A stretch of DNA of 64,000 nt. Source: Alphaproteobacteria bacterium. GTDB taxonomy: Bacteria; Pseudomonadota; Alphaproteobacteria; CAAHEQ01; UBA3637. The DNA is taken from contig JAFTTR010000002.1 in NCBI GenBank assembly GCA_017466695.1, positions 166,832 through 230,831 on the forward strand. Direction: 5' to 3'. Of this stretch, positions 50,347 to 63,691 are shown piece by piece. Position numbers and translations under genes: made by a program. Each line of letters opens with the position of its first letter. Position 1 is the first letter of the stretch. Under the pieces are notes generated by a model that was given only the letters and a program-made list of their open reading frames with translations, did no database searches and had not been told where the DNA came from.

Positions 50347-53300
50347 TTATACTTGTTTAATCTCACCTATACCACTTAGGTGTTGTAATGCCTCCAACGT
50401 TTTTTGTGATAATGCATACTTTTCAGCCAACTCAACTTCTAACTCATAATCTTTCACCTGCATGCGTAAAAAGATTTTACACCTGCCAGGTTCGTCTTGA
50501 GAAAGAATTTTTTTAAGCTCCTGAACAGTTTCTAAACCCCCTTCTAAATCCAGAATCAAACAAGAGGCAGTTCTTGCCATAACCTCTGAAAGATAATCAA
50601 CTGACAACAAGTTCATTCGAATTTGTTCATCATCTGGTTTTTTATCAGCATTCATTGTGAGCAACAAAGGTTGGCCGGATTTCAGTTTTTCCCTCGCACT
50701 CATCAGTAAATCTGAAAAACAAATGGCATCATATGAGCCATATTTATCCGTTGCCGTCACAAAAGCAAATTTATTGCCTTTTTGACTAATTCGTTCTCGA
50801 ACTGAGGAAACAATCCCAGCTAATTGAACACGTACAGAGCCGGCTACTGAAACTTGTTGCTTCACTTCTGTACTTGGAATAACACGTAATCTTTCGAACA
50901 CACTATCAAATGTGTCTAATGGGTGGGCTGAAAGATAAAAACCAATTGCCTCAGATTCTTTTTCTAATTTTTCTAAATGGGGCCAATCTGGGAAATCTCG
51001 CATCTTTAGTCCATTAGCTGCTGTATCCGTTGCCCCAAAAAGATTAATTTGAGCACTCTTTCTACTTTGTGTTGCATTTGAAGCAAAAGCTAAGAAATTT
51101 TCTATATTTTCAAATAGTTTTGCTCTATTCTTATCTAAACAGTCGAAGGCGCCAGATTTAATTAAATTTTCAATATATCGCTTATTTAATGCTGAAGCAT
51201 CCACTCTTGAAAAGAAATCTTGAACAGATTTAAATGGTCCATTTTTTTCTCGTTCTGCAACAACCAATTGCATCCCTGCTTCACCCACATTCCGAACAGC
51301 TGAAAGCGCATATCTAACGGCTCCATTTTCAACACTAAAGTTAACAACCGATTTATTAATATCCGGTGGTAAAACTTCAATATGCATTTGGGTTAAATCA
51401 TTTTTGAAAAAGGCCAACTTATCCGTATTTGTTTTATCAAGCGTCATCGTTGCAGCCATAAACTCAACAGGATAATGCGCTTTTAAAAAGGCTGTTTGAT
51501 AAGCAATATATGCATAAGCGGCTGCATGAGACTTGTTAAAACCATATTCAGCAAATTTTGCCATCTTGTCAAAAACAAGTTCAGCTGTTTCACGCTTTAC
51601 ATTATTATTCACAGCCCCATCAATAAAGATAGAACGTTGTCTATCCATTTCCGATTTAATCTTCTTACCCATTGCTCGGCGTAACAAGTCAGCTCCACCC
51701 AGAGTATATCCAGCCATTACTTGGGAAATTTGCATCACCTGTTCTTGGTAAATCATAATTCCATAAGTTTCTTTTAAAATATCCTCAATCAAAGGGTGCA
51801 TATAATCAGGGGTTTCTTCCCCTTTTTTTCTCGCAATATAACTTGGAATACTATCCATTGGTCCTGGACGATACAGTGATACAAGCGCCACAATATCTTC
51901 AATCTTGTCCGGTTGCATATCAAAAAGAATTTTGCGCATCCCTGTACTTTCAAGCTGGAACACGCCTGTTGTATTCCCCGTCTTTAAAAGTTCATAAGTT
52001 TTCTCATCTTCTAATGGCAAATTATTAATATCAAAAGTAACATCTTCTTTTTGCCGAATGAGATCTAAGGTCTTTTCAATCGTGGTGAGTGTCTTTAACC
52101 CTAAAAAGTCAAATTTAATTAAACTCGCATCTTCAACAAAGTGCTTATCATATTGGGTAATTGGCATATCAGAAGATGGATCTTTATATAAAGGGACTAT
52201 TTGATCCAAAGGCTTATTTCCAATCACAACACCAGCCGCATGCATTGAAATATTACGATACATACCTTCCAATTTCAAAGCAATTTCAATTAACCTTGCA
52301 ATTGTTTCATCCCCAGCAGCTTCTTTTTGAAACTCAGGCTCTTGATCCAACGCTTCTTGAAGCGTGATTCCAAGGGTTGGTGGAACTAATTTTGAAAGTC
52401 TATCAACAACAGGATAAGGTAATTGCAAAACACGTCCAACATCCCTAATCACAGCTTTAGCTTGTAACTGGCCTAATGCTAAAATTTGCGCAACGTGATC
52501 AAACCCATATTTATGCTGAACATATTCAATCGTTTTGGCTCTATTTTCCTGACAAAAGTCCACGTCAAAATCAGGCATTGAAACACGTTCAGGATTTAAA
52601 AATCTCTCAAAAAGAAGATTAAACCGCAATGGATCAATATTTGTAATTGTTAAACACCAAGCAACGACAGAACCAGCCCCTGATCCACGACCAGGACCAA
52701 CAGGAACACCGTTTGCTTTTGACCATTGAATAAAGTCTGCCACAATCAAAAAGTAACCAGGGAAACCCATTGTTTTGATGATTGAAAGTTCATACATCAA
52801 TCTGTCATGATAGCGTTTTCTTTCTTCCTCAGATCGGCCTTGCATACGCATTTCAAAACCAGCTTCAGCCATTTCAGCCAGTTTTTCATCTTCAGTCTTA
52901 CCACCACAGTCATAATTTGGGAAAGCAGGCTTCTTCTTCCCTGCTAAAAAGAAGCAACGTTTAGCAATTTCAACCGTATTCAAAGTTGCTTCAGGCAAAT
53001 CTTTGAACAACTCAAGCATTTCTTCTTCAGATTTTAAATAATGCTCTGGTGTTACACGCCTGCGTTCAATTTCATCAACAAAAGTTTTATCTGCAATACA
53101 AAGCAATGCATCATGGGCTTCATACATATCTGGTGTGATAAAATAGGCCTCATTCGTTGCAACCAAAGGAATATTTAAATCATAAGCAATTTTTAAAAAA
53201 TCCTCCTCTGTTTGACGCTCTTTTTCCGTTCCATGACGTTGAATTTCAATATAAAGGCGATCTTTAAAAGCCTCTTTTAGTTTTTGTGCCAACTCTGTTG

Positions 53301-53778
53301 CAAATTCTGGATGCCCTTCTAAAATGGGACGCGCTAAAATACCTTCTGACCCACCCGTTAAAAGAAGTAACCCATCAGAATGCGCTAATAATTCATCAAA
53401 TGTGATATGGGGTGTCCCCACCTTTTCTTCAGCAGTATAAAAAAGTTTAAAATACTGTAACAAAGAAAGATAGCCTGTTTCATTTTGCACCAAAACAACA
53501 ACTTTATCAAAGTTATCCTTTTCATCTGCAAAAGCGTTTTTTTCCTTCACAGGAGCTTTAACAAGCAACTGACAACCCAGAATAGGTTGAACCCCAGCCT
53601 TCACACAAACATCTGCCAAATCCATTGCGCCAAATATGTTATTCGTATCTGTCATTGCAATGGCTGGAGCCCCATTATTGGCGGCCCACTTTGCAAGGTC
53701 TTTCATCTTAATAGCGCCTTCTAAAATAGAATACGCAGTGTGAAGTCGTAAATGAATAAACTTTGGCGATGCAGTCAT
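50347..53778 (-). CDS. dnaE: DNA polymerase III alpha subunit
   Basis: 1143 aa with PHP N-domain, polymerase core ('GRGSGAGSVVAWCLTITNIDP') and OB fold. Confidence 0.95.
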   Translation of the reverse strand: MTASPKFIHLRLHTAYSILEGAIKMKDLAKWAANNGAPAIAMTDTNNIFGAMDLADVCVKAGVQPILGCQLLVKAPVKEKNAFADEKDNFDKVVVLVQNETGYLSLLQYFKLFYTAEEKVGTPHITFDELLAHSDGLLLLTGGSEGILARPILEGHPEFATELAQKLKEAFKDRLYIEIQRHGTEKERQTEEDFLKIAYDLNIPLVATNEAYFITPDMYEAHDALLCIADKTFVDEIERRRVTPEHYLKSEEEMLELFKDLPEATLNTVEIAKRCFFLAGKKKPAFPNYDCGGKTEDEKLAEMAEAGFEMRMQGRSEEERKRYHDRLMYELSIIKTMGFPGYFLIVADFIQWSKANGVPVGPGRGSGAGSVVAWCLTITNIDPLRFNLLFERFLNPERVSMPDFDVDFCQENRAKTIEYVQHKYGFDHVAQILALGQLQAKAVIRDVGRVLQLPYPVVDRLSKLVPPTLGITLQEALDQEPEFQKEAAGDETIARLIEIALKLEGMYRNISMHAAGVVIGNKPLDQIVPLYKDPSSDMPITQYDKHFVEDASLIKFDFLGLKTLTTIEKTLDLIRQKEDVTFDINNLPLEDEKTYELLKTGNTTGVFQLESTGMRKILFDMQPDKIEDIVALVSLYRPGPMDSIPSYIARKKGEETPDYMHPLIEDILKETYGIMIYQEQVMQISQVMAGYTLGGADLLRRAMGKKIKSEMDRQRSIFIDGAVNNNVKRETAELVFDKMAKFAEYGFNKSHAAAYAYIAYQTAFLKAHYPVEFMAATMTLDKTNTDKLAFFKNDLTQMHIEVLPPDINKSVVNFSVENGAVRYALSAVRNVGEAGMQLVVAEREKNGPFKSVQDFFSRVDASALNKRYIENLIKSGAFDCLDKNRAKLFENIENFLAFASNATQSRKSAQINLFGATDTAANGLKMRDFPDWPHLEKLEKESEAIGFYLSAHPLDTFDSVFERLRVIPSTEVKQQVSVAGSVRVQLAGIVSSVRERISQKGNKFAFVTATDKYGSYDAICFSDLLMSAREKLKSGQPLLLTMNADKKPDDEQIRMNLLSVDYLSEVMARTASCLILDLEGGLETVQELKKILSQDEPGRCKIFLRMQVKDYELEVELAEKYALSQKTLEALQHLSGIGEIKQV

Positions 53779-53857
53779 ATCAAAAGCCTAACCGATTATT
53801 TTTCGCAAAATGACGGGTCATTATATCTTATTTTTTATTAAATTGCAAGCGCTTTCA

Positions 53858-53892
53858 TTTAAAAGGCCTCTTCATAAAAAAGAGGCCTTTTG
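53858..53892. terminator. Rho-independent terminator downstream of hisS
   Basis: aaaaggcctctt cataaaa aagaggcctttt, a perfect 11-bp stem with T-runs. Confidence 0.65.
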
Positions 53893-55257
53893 TTATTTTT
53901 CATCAATAAGACTTTTCTTTTCTTTTTCTAATACTGCTAGATGCTCTTTTAAAACAGAAGCTAATGCTTCACTTGGGCATTTTTCTTGCATCCCTGATTG
54001 CATATTTTTAAGCGTAACAGTTTGCGAAGAAACTTCATCTTCCCCAATAACAATTACAAAAGGAACCCCTATTTTATTGGCATAGACCATTTTATTTTTA
54101 AACTTACCATCTGCAGCATATGTTTGAACATTGATATCATTTGTTCTTAATAAATGTGCTAATTTCAACGCATAATCCGTTGCACTTTCATCCATAGGTA
54201 AAACAAGCACATCAGCTGCCGTTGATTTTTGTGAATTAATCATATTTTGATCTTTTAACAAGTCAAAAAACCTTGTTAATCCAATACTCATACCAACCCC
54301 AGGCAACTTCCTATCTGTATAATAACCGGCTAAATTTTCATATCGGCCACCAGAACAAATTGAACCCCAATCTTGATGAGAGTCAACAAATGTTTCATAA
54401 ACCGTTCCTGTATAGTAATCCAACCCTCTTGTGATTTTTAAATCAATTTCATAATTATTGTCAGGCACACCCAAATTTTTCATTGCTTGCGCAACAACTT
54501 TTAATTCATTTAACCCGGTTTCAAACAACTCATTTTGAATGTTAAATGAACTTATTTTTTCAATAACAGATTCAGATTTTCCATAAATTTCAGTAAAAGA
54601 AATAATTTTTTCAATCAATCCATCCGATAAATCTAAATCCTTCAAACAAGCCTTAACATTTTCAACTCCAATCTTATCCATTTTATCAATAATTCTTGAT
54701 ATTTCAGGTGATTGTTCGGTTAAACCTAAGCTTTCATAAAAACCATTCATCAACTTTCTATTATTCATTTTGATGCAAAATTTATTCAGTCCCAACCGTT
54801 TAAAAACATGATACATTACAGCTGGCATTTCAGCATCATACAAAACAGATAATTTTTCGCTACCAATAATATCGATATCTGCTTGATAAAATTCTCTAAA
54901 GCGCCCCTTTTGAGGACGTTCCCCTCGATAAACTTTTGAAATTTGGTATCTTTTAAAAGGAAATGTTAAATCATTTTGATGTTGCGCCACATACCTTGCC
55001 AATGGAACTGTTAAATCAAAACGCATACAAAGATCATTATTCCCTTTACTAAAGCGATAAATTTGTTTTTCAGTCTCACCACCTGCTTTTGCAAGCAATA
55101 CGTCTGACAATTCTAAAACAGGTGTATCCAGTGAAACAAATCCAAATGATTTGTAGGTTTTTTCAATCAATTCTTTCATTTCATCAAAAACCAGTTGTTC
55201 TGCTGGTAATAATTCCATAAAACCAGATAAAATCTTAGGCGTTACCTTTTGAGCCAT
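53893..55257 (-). CDS. hisS: Histidine--tRNA ligase
   Basis: Class II aaRS motifs ('RYPEF'-like 'LCMRFDLTVPLARY', 'YRGERPQKGRFREFYQ') and an anticodon-binding C-terminus. Confidence 0.9.
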   Translation of the reverse strand: MAQKVTPKILSGFMELLPAEQLVFDEMKELIEKTYKSFGFVSLDTPVLELSDVLLAKAGGETEKQIYRFSKGNNDLCMRFDLTVPLARYVAQHQNDLTFPFKRYQISKVYRGERPQKGRFREFYQADIDIIGSEKLSVLYDAEMPAVMYHVFKRLGLNKFCIKMNNRKLMNGFYESLGLTEQSPEISRIIDKMDKIGVENVKACLKDLDLSDGLIEKIISFTEIYGKSESVIEKISSFNIQNELFETGLNELKVVAQAMKNLGVPDNNYEIDLKITRGLDYYTGTVYETFVDSHQDWGSICSGGRYENLAGYYTDRKLPGVGMSIGLTRFFDLLKDQNMINSQKSTAADVLVLPMDESATDYALKLAHLLRTNDINVQTYAADGKFKNKMVYANKIGVPFVIVIGEDEVSSQTVTLKNMQSGMQEKCPSEALASVLKEHLAVLEKEKKSLIDEK

Positions 55258-55579
55258 TTGTATTCTCCTTTATTTCATTCAAAGCAATCGAGGATGGACA
55301 CTCTCCCCGTTCCTCTGCAAAACAAACCTTTTCACTTTCATCAAAAAACACCAGTGTAACACATTGATCTTTTCGATATGTCCACACTTTATGAGGGGCT
55401 TCTGTTAAAACTGTTCTAGGGCTACCCAACTCTTTAACCACCTCACCTGCAGATCTACCAATCAATTCATTTTTTTCAACAACAGGCGTTTGATTAGGCG
55501 AAAGAAAAAAGGCATTTTCAGGTACCTGACATCCACATAAAAGTAAAAAAGAAGTTAAAATTAAACCTTGTTTTTTCAT
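55235..55579 (-). CDS. Small lipoprotein (hypothetical)
   Basis: Lipobox 'LLLCGC'. 114 aa. Overlaps the hisS start. Confidence 0.45.
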   Translation of the reverse strand: MKKQGLILTSFLLLCGCQVPENAFFLSPNQTPVVEKNELIGRSAGEVVKELGSPRTVLTEAPHKVWTYRKDQCVTLVFFDESEKVCFAEERGECPSSIALNEIKENTNGSKGNA

Positions 55580-55649
55580 TTTGTATCCTTTTTTTTTGAG
55601 TATATTATATAATTTACAACAAAATTACAACCTTAAAATATATCCTTTT

Positions 55650-57773
55650 TTAATTTTTAGAGCCCCAAGGGCGATTTTTATTTTCATCTGATAAATCATT
55701 CACTCTTATTCCATTTTTATCTACAAATAAATATACTGTCCCCATTTGTGAAAGCATTTCTTTAGAATAGAAGTTTAAGCAATTTAAATTATTTGATTTT
55801 TTCAAAGAAAATGTTATTGAAGCTCCCTTACAATTTTGAACATCAAAAGATATCTTTTGACCTCTTATTTCAACTTGGGTAGGCTTATATTTTTGACTAT
55901 TCATATAATTTTCTGGTAAAATTCCTTCTTGCAATAACATCATATCAGATACAAACCTATGGCGATAAGTTTCATTTAATTTCAAAGTGTTATTTTCGTC
56001 TCTTATAGCAATTAATCGACCTTCTTTTGCAACAATAACGTCTGGTTTTTGAACTGTTAAGAAAGAAAATGGCGCAACACAAATTAAAAGAATCCCTACA
56101 AATCGTGCCTTCTTTTTTAAAGTACATAAAATCATAAATCCAAAAGCAAAACAAATAAGACCCCATGAATCAAACAAGGGAACTGGTATCATATAAAATG
56201 GAAGGGTCGTCAAATTTTCCCCCACTGAATGAATATGCTTTAGTATCCAATCAATTAAAACAAGTCCACCCCTTTCAAGTCCAAAAGGCATCAAGAAAAC
56301 TGATAAAATCAAAAGAGGCATAATAAAAATTGAAAAGAAAAAGCTTAAAAATAAATTCCCTAAAATACCATATACAGCTATTTTATGAAAATGATATCCC
56401 ACAAAAGGAATTGTTGTTAGCGTCACAACAAAATTTAAAATCAACAAACCCAAGAAAAAAGCTAAAAATTTATGCGTCATTATCAATGGTTTTAATTTTT
56501 CTGAAAACTCTTTAACCAACACACATAAAGACAACACGGCAATAAATGAAAGCTGAAAACTCACACTCAACAATAGGACAGGCTTATAACACAACAATAA
56601 AAATGCTGTCACAAAAATAACTCGAATAGAAATTGTACTTCGATAAAAGAAAAAGCACATAAACAAAAACAAAACCATTACAAACGAACGAACTGCCGGT
56701 GGTTCTGCTCCAGAAAGAAGTACATAACAAAACGAAACACTCAAACCTGCAAGCGCACTGATTTGCCGAATAAAAATAGGAGAAATCCTTGTTTTTAAGA
56801 AAAGAAGTGTCAATAAAAAGCGAATAAATTTATATACAAGAAAAGTAATAAGCCCAATATGAAAGCCTGAAACAGATAAAATATGTGTCAATCCTAAAAT
56901 GCGATATAAGAATTCAATTGGTTTTGAAATAAGACTTTGATCCCCTAATATCAAAGCATTAAGCACCCCTTTTGCATCCTCATTTAAAAAAGATATCTTT
57001 TCTTGGATAGATTTTTTTATTCTATATAAAATATCTTGTTTTTCTGCTTGCGTCTTTTTTATATAAAGTTCAGAAAAAGAGGCAATCCCACCTATATTAT
57101 CAAAAAACAATGTTCTTTGCTGGTTATACCCATTTAAAACCTGTGGGGCCGACGGTGTTGACAACATATAAGCAACCCCTGAAACAATATCCCCCTTTTT
57201 AATCTCAGTAGATGATGGTTTTTTGTATAAACATGTATCTGTTGAAATTCTTTTTTTATTATCTTTGTCCCCTCTTTTATTCGAAATTTCATCTAATTCT
57301 TTTGGATTTTTACAAAGGGGTAATGGATCTTCAAGGGCATAATCTTTTATCCCTTTAAACGGAACCCATATCTTAATTTTAGCAGGCGTTTCTTTTTGAG
57401 AGAGCCCTTGAACAATGGTTTTTTTTAAAACCACTTCAGCTGTTGTAATTTTATTTTTAACAAATTCCACTTCTCCTTGTATGGAAATATTTGTCATATT
57501 CTTGGGCACAAAGATCGTATTTGTAAAAAAAGTATGAAGCGTTGAAACAAAAAAGCCCAATATTCCCATGAATAAAAACAAAGAAATAAATACTTTCTTT
57601 TGTTTTATATAAGCAAATACAAACAACAAAAATGAAAGAAAAAATAAAAGCCCTGTCAACAGCAAACCCGGCTCTTTTCCCATTGAAAAATAGGTTAGAA
57701 TTCCCAACATAAATGCCACAATAAACAGGACACCTCGTTGCTCCTCCTCATTAAAAAAGAACCGTATACCCAT
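55650..57773 (-). CDS. comEC: ComEC/Rec2 competence channel protein (apparently lacking the C-terminal metallo-beta-lactamase domain)
   Basis: DUF4131-like N-domain and a competence domain with many TM helices ('ILGLTHILSVSGFHIGLI'). The last ~150 aa lack HxHxDH. Confidence 0.8.
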   Translation of the reverse strand: MGIRFFFNEEEQRGVLFIVAFMLGILTYFSMGKEPGLLLTGLLFFLSFLLFVFAYIKQKKVFISLFLFMGILGFFVSTLHTFFTNTIFVPKNMTNISIQGEVEFVKNKITTAEVVLKKTIVQGLSQKETPAKIKIWVPFKGIKDYALEDPLPLCKNPKELDEISNKRGDKDNKKRISTDTCLYKKPSSTEIKKGDIVSGVAYMLSTPSAPQVLNGYNQQRTLFFDNIGGIASFSELYIKKTQAEKQDILYRIKKSIQEKISFLNEDAKGVLNALILGDQSLISKPIEFLYRILGLTHILSVSGFHIGLITFLVYKFIRFLLTLLFLKTRISPIFIRQISALAGLSVSFCYVLLSGAEPPAVRSFVMVLFLFMCFFFYRSTISIRVIFVTAFLLLCYKPVLLLSVSFQLSFIAVLSLCVLVKEFSEKLKPLIMTHKFLAFFLGLLILNFVVTLTTIPFVGYHFHKIAVYGILGNLFLSFFFSIFIMPLLILSVFLMPFGLERGGLVLIDWILKHIHSVGENLTTLPFYMIPVPLFDSWGLICFAFGFMILCTLKKKARFVGILLICVAPFSFLTVQKPDVIVAKEGRLIAIRDENNTLKLNETYRHRFVSDMMLLQEGILPENYMNSQKYKPTQVEIRGQKISFDVQNCKGASITFSLKKSNNLNCLNFYSKEMLSQMGTVYLFVDKNGIRVNDLSDENKNRPWGSKN

Positions 57774-57783
57774 AAGCTTTTAT

Positions 57784-58344
57784 CTATAACCCCTTTGACC
57801 GAACAACATTTGGCATTTGTATTAAAATTTTATCATTAACCTTTTGAACCATATGATTCATCATTTTTTCAAATACTTCTTCTTTGTCTGAAAGAGAACT
57901 TCTTTTGGGTAATGAAGAACTTTCAAAGCCCCCCACATCTTGTGTATAAACGACATTTCCATCTGAAATATAATTCACCTGAACATAATATGTAAGCTTA
58001 TAAGCCTCATTATCAAACGTATACCAATTTGTTGCTTTTTCATCTGTTTTTGTCATATATGCTTTTTCAATTTCAATATGCATCCTATCTATTTTTTTTG
58101 ACCCAGTTGCATAAAAACGATTATTTGCCCATGTTTTTAAAACAACTTCTGGAGAAATTGGCATTTCCCTTTCAATATGAGGAAGTCTATCAAACTGTTC
58201 AACCTTGCTTGTTACAACAATTTCTTCAACATTCACAGCTATCGGAACTTCATTTTGAAGCGTATTTACTTGAAACTCCCTTAAAGAAGGTGCTGCACAC
58301 CCCATTAAAAAAAGAAAAAACAAATAAGGGAGCTTTTTTTTCAT
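57784..58344 (-). CDS. Lipoprotein (hypothetical)
   Basis: Lipobox 'FLMGCAAP'. 186 aa. Confidence 0.45.
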   Translation of the reverse strand: MKKKLPYLFFLFLMGCAAPSLREFQVNTLQNEVPIAVNVEEIVVTSKVEQFDRLPHIEREMPISPEVVLKTWANNRFYATGSKKIDRMHIEIEKAYMTKTDEKATNWYTFDNEAYKLTYYVQVNYISDGNVVYTQDVGGFESSSLPKRSSLSDKEEVFEKMMNHMVQKVNDKILIQMPNVVRSKGL

Positions 58345-59192
58345 TATTCAAAATCCTCATGTTTAAAAACATATTGACGTTGACAAAATTGGCACTCTGA
58401 AACAATTTTTCCTTCTTGATACAAATCTTCACGTTCCTTTGGATCTAATTTTGCTAAAAATCGTTTCATTTTGTCTTTATGACAAGGGCAAGAAAAAACA
58501 GGCGTTGCAGGTTCATACACTGTTAAATCGTTTGCATGGAACAAACGATAAAGCAACTTTTCAGGCGCTAAATTTTCATAAAACAATTCTGTATCCTTAA
58601 CGCTGTGCATCAAAACGGTGACTGTTTCATAAATATCTTCAACTTCATCTTTATCATCCCCTGCTCTCAGAGGCATTTGTTGAACCATTAAGCACCTTGT
58701 TTGATTGCCTTTTTGACGAATAATAATATCCGTTTTGATTTGTTCCGATAATTTAAAATAATCCAAAACTGTATCTAACAGTGTTTTACCTGTTAAAAGA
58801 ACAATCCCTTGATATGGCTGTTGACCAATTTGTGTTACTGAAAACAATAACTCACCATTTCCAAACAATGTTTCGTTATTCATATCCTCGACACTTGGCA
58901 ATTTTTCAGCTTCAAAATTAGCATAAGCACGCACTTGCTTATCATTTGTTACATTCACATATAAAGAGCTAATAGGGCCACTAGAGCGCACTTGAAGAGA
59001 AAAAACACCTGTATATTTAATACTTTGTGCCAATGCAATTGCCAAAACAATAGCCTCTGACAACACCTTTTGAACCACTTCAGGGTAAGAGTGACAATCT
59101 AAAATCTCTTGAATTGTTTTATCTGCGCCAATATAAACACCTTTGAATCTTAAATTTTCCAGCACAAACGGCATTACTATATCCATTATCAA
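58344..59192 (-). CDS. hslO: Redox-regulated chaperone Hsp33
   Basis: C-terminal zinc centre 'CPCHKDK...CQFCQRQY' plus the N-terminal Hsp33 fold. Confidence 0.9.
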   Translation of the reverse strand: MIMDIVMPFVLENLRFKGVYIGADKTIQEILDCHSYPEVVQKVLSEAIVLAIALAQSIKYTGVFSLQVRSSGPISSLYVNVTNDKQVRAYANFEAEKLPSVEDMNNETLFGNGELLFSVTQIGQQPYQGIVLLTGKTLLDTVLDYFKLSEQIKTDIIIRQKGNQTRCLMVQQMPLRAGDDKDEVEDIYETVTVLMHSVKDTELFYENLAPEKLLYRLFHANDLTVYEPATPVFSCPCHKDKMKRFLAKLDPKEREDLYQEGKIVSECQFCQRQYVFKHEDFE

Positions 59193-59289
59193 ACTCCTTT
59201 AATAAATTTTTTTCTATTATGATAAAAACGTTTTTCCTTGTCAATGTTAAAAAAGTATTTTAAAGTTCTTTTTATATAATGAGGACAAA

Positions 59290-59823
59290 ATGACAAAACC
59301 AATCACCGAACAACGTTTATATAATATTACTCTTTTTTATTTAGAACGATTTGATTCTTCTAAATTAAAAGTTAAACAAATGCTCGAAAGGCGCATTCAA
59401 AAAGAAAAATTAAAAGGGGCAATTATTCCTGACGATACCCCTACACTTATTCAAAATGTTATTAAGAGAATGGAAGATTTAGGATATCTCAACGATGAGC
59501 GCTTTGCCAAAATACAGATTAAAAACCTCTCGCAAGCAGGAAAATCAAAATCTTTTATTTTAAACAAACTTAAAACAAGTGGCATTTCAAATAATATCAG
59601 CCAAGAACTGTTAAATGCTTATGATGAAGAAAATGAAAGTTCTGATTTAACAAGAGCTGAAAAGTGGTTGAAAAAACATAAAAAAGGTCAGTTCAGAACA
59701 AAAGATGCTAATGCTTTTTATCAAAAGGATTTAGCTGCTTTAGCAAGAGCCGGATTTAGCTATGACGTAGCACAAAAAGCATTAAAAACAAATCCCACTA
59801 GTGAAGATTACTTTATCGATTAA
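59290..59823 (+). CDS. recX: Regulatory protein RecX
   Basis: Three-helical repeat architecture. 'LGYLNDERFAKIQIKN' resembles the RecX 'GYLDDARFA' motif. Confidence 0.6.
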   Translation: MTKPITEQRLYNITLFYLERFDSSKLKVKQMLERRIQKEKLKGAIIPDDTPTLIQNVIKRMEDLGYLNDERFAKIQIKNLSQAGKSKSFILNKLKTSGISNNISQELLNAYDEENESSDLTRAEKWLKKHKKGQFRTKDANAFYQKDLAALARAGFSYDVAQKALKTNPTSEDYFID

Positions 59824-59861
59824 ACCGTTTTTTTTCTTTATCGTTTCTTTTTCTTTTCACA

Positions 59862-59900
59862 CAAAAAAACACCCCAACAATTTGTTAGGGTGTTTTTCTT
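59862..59900. terminator. Bidirectional rho-independent terminator (recX / eno)
   Basis: acacccc..(13 nt)..gggtgt hairpin flanked by A7 and T-runs. Confidence 0.6.
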
Positions 59901-59911
59901 TTAGGCATCAA

Positions 59912-61222
<1,311 letters not shown>

Positions 61223-61241
61223 TTAAAATTAATAAAACTTT

Positions 61242-62066
61242 TTACTTACTTTTCGCAACTCTGTCAAATGCTTTTAATTTCGTTAATACATCTTGCATTT
61301 GATGAAGTGGAATCATATTAGGCCCATCACTTGGCGCTGTATCAGGTGTTTCATGCGTTTCAATAAACACCCCAGCAATCCCTGTTGAAACAGCAGCGTT
61401 TGCCAAGATTGGAGCAAACTCTCTTTGCCCACCACTCGAAGATCCTTGACCCCCTGGTTGTTGGACTGAATGTGTTGCATCAAAAATAACTGGATACCCT
61501 GTTTGTTTCATAATAGGTAAAGACCTCATATCAACAACCAACGTATTATATCCAAAAGAAACACCTCTTTCCGTTAACAATAAACGGCTGTTTCCAGTGC
61601 TTTCTAATTTAGCAACAACGTTTTTCATATCCCATGGCGCCAAAAATTGACCTTTTTTAATATTGATAGCCGCCCCTGTCTTTCCAGCAGCGATTAACAA
61701 ATCTGTCTGACGGCACAAAAATGCTGGAATTTGCAACACATCCACCACTTTGGCAGCTTCAGCACATTGAAATGGTTCATGAATATCTGTAATCACTGGG
61801 CAATTAAATTTCGCTTTAATATCTTGAAAAGCAATCATTGCTTTTTCAAGACCCATACCCCGAATCCCATTAATACTTGTTCGATTAGCCTTATCAAACG
61901 AGGCTTTAAAAATAAATGGAATATCTAACTTCTTTGTCAAAGAAGCAAGCGCTTCTGCCATTTCTAATCCATGCATAGCACTTTCCATCTGACAAGGACC
62001 AGCAATTAAAACAAAGGGTAAATCATTTGAAAATTGAATACCTGCGACATCAACTTGTTTTTGCAT
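61242..62066 (-). CDS. kdsA: 3-deoxy-8-phosphooctulonate synthase
   Basis: DAHP-synthetase-I fold ('[11 protein letters not shown]', 'CPVITDIHE', 'FLCRQTDLL'). Confidence 0.9.
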   Translation of the reverse strand: MQKQVDVAGIQFSNDLPFVLIAGPCQMESAMHGLEMAEALASLTKKLDIPFIFKASFDKANRTSINGIRGMGLEKAMIAFQDIKAKFNCPVITDIHEPFQCAEAAKVVDVLQIPAFLCRQTDLLIAAGKTGAAINIKKGQFLAPWDMKNVVAKLESTGNSRLLLTERGVSFGYNTLVVDMRSLPIMKQTGYPVIFDATHSVQQPGGQGSSSGGQREFAPILANAAVSTGIAGVFIETHETPDTAPSDGPNMIPLHQMQDVLTKLKAFDRVAKSK

Positions 62067-62078
62067 ATATTGCCTCTT

Positions 62079-62375
62079 TTATTTTGTTCCTTCTTGTTCT
62101 GTTTGCGCAGAAGTTGGTATAATGTTAACTTTTTCAACTTCTCCCATATTTTTTGCCATTATGACAAGTGTTAAACTTGTAACAATAAATCCAGCAAAAA
62201 AATAAGCTGTCATACGAGATAAAAAGTTACCTGCTTGACGACCGGTGAATAAACCTGATCCACCAGATCCACCACCAAGAGCACCCAATGCGCCCCCTTC
62301 TGAACGTTGAAGCAAAACAAAAATTGTAATGCAAATTGCAAGAATAATATGTATAGTTAAAATAAATGTTTGCAT
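62079..62375 (-). CDS. secG: Preprotein translocase subunit SecG
   Basis: Two TM helices with 'VLLQRSEGGALGALGGG' Gly-rich SecG loop. Confidence 0.8.
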   Translation of the reverse strand: MQTFILTIHIILAICITIFVLLQRSEGGALGALGGGSGGSGLFTGRQAGNFLSRMTAYFFAGFIVTSLTLVIMAKNMGEVEKVNIIPTSAQTEQEGTK

Positions 62376-62573
62376 ATTCTTTCCTTAAAATAAAACAAAA
62401 ATGATCATTTAAGTTTAAACGGGTGCATTCTAGAACAATTTTATTTTTTTTGCAAGTCCAAAAAGCATTTTTGTAAAAATCAAAAAAAATATCTATTTTT
62501 TTACTTTTTTGTTAAGAATTTACTTACTTTTATTTGATAAAATGTGTATACTAGCTACGGAGGGTTATTCTAA

Positions 62574-63668
<1,095 letters not shown>

Positions 63669-63691
63669 AAAAAGAAAGGAAATATAAAAAA

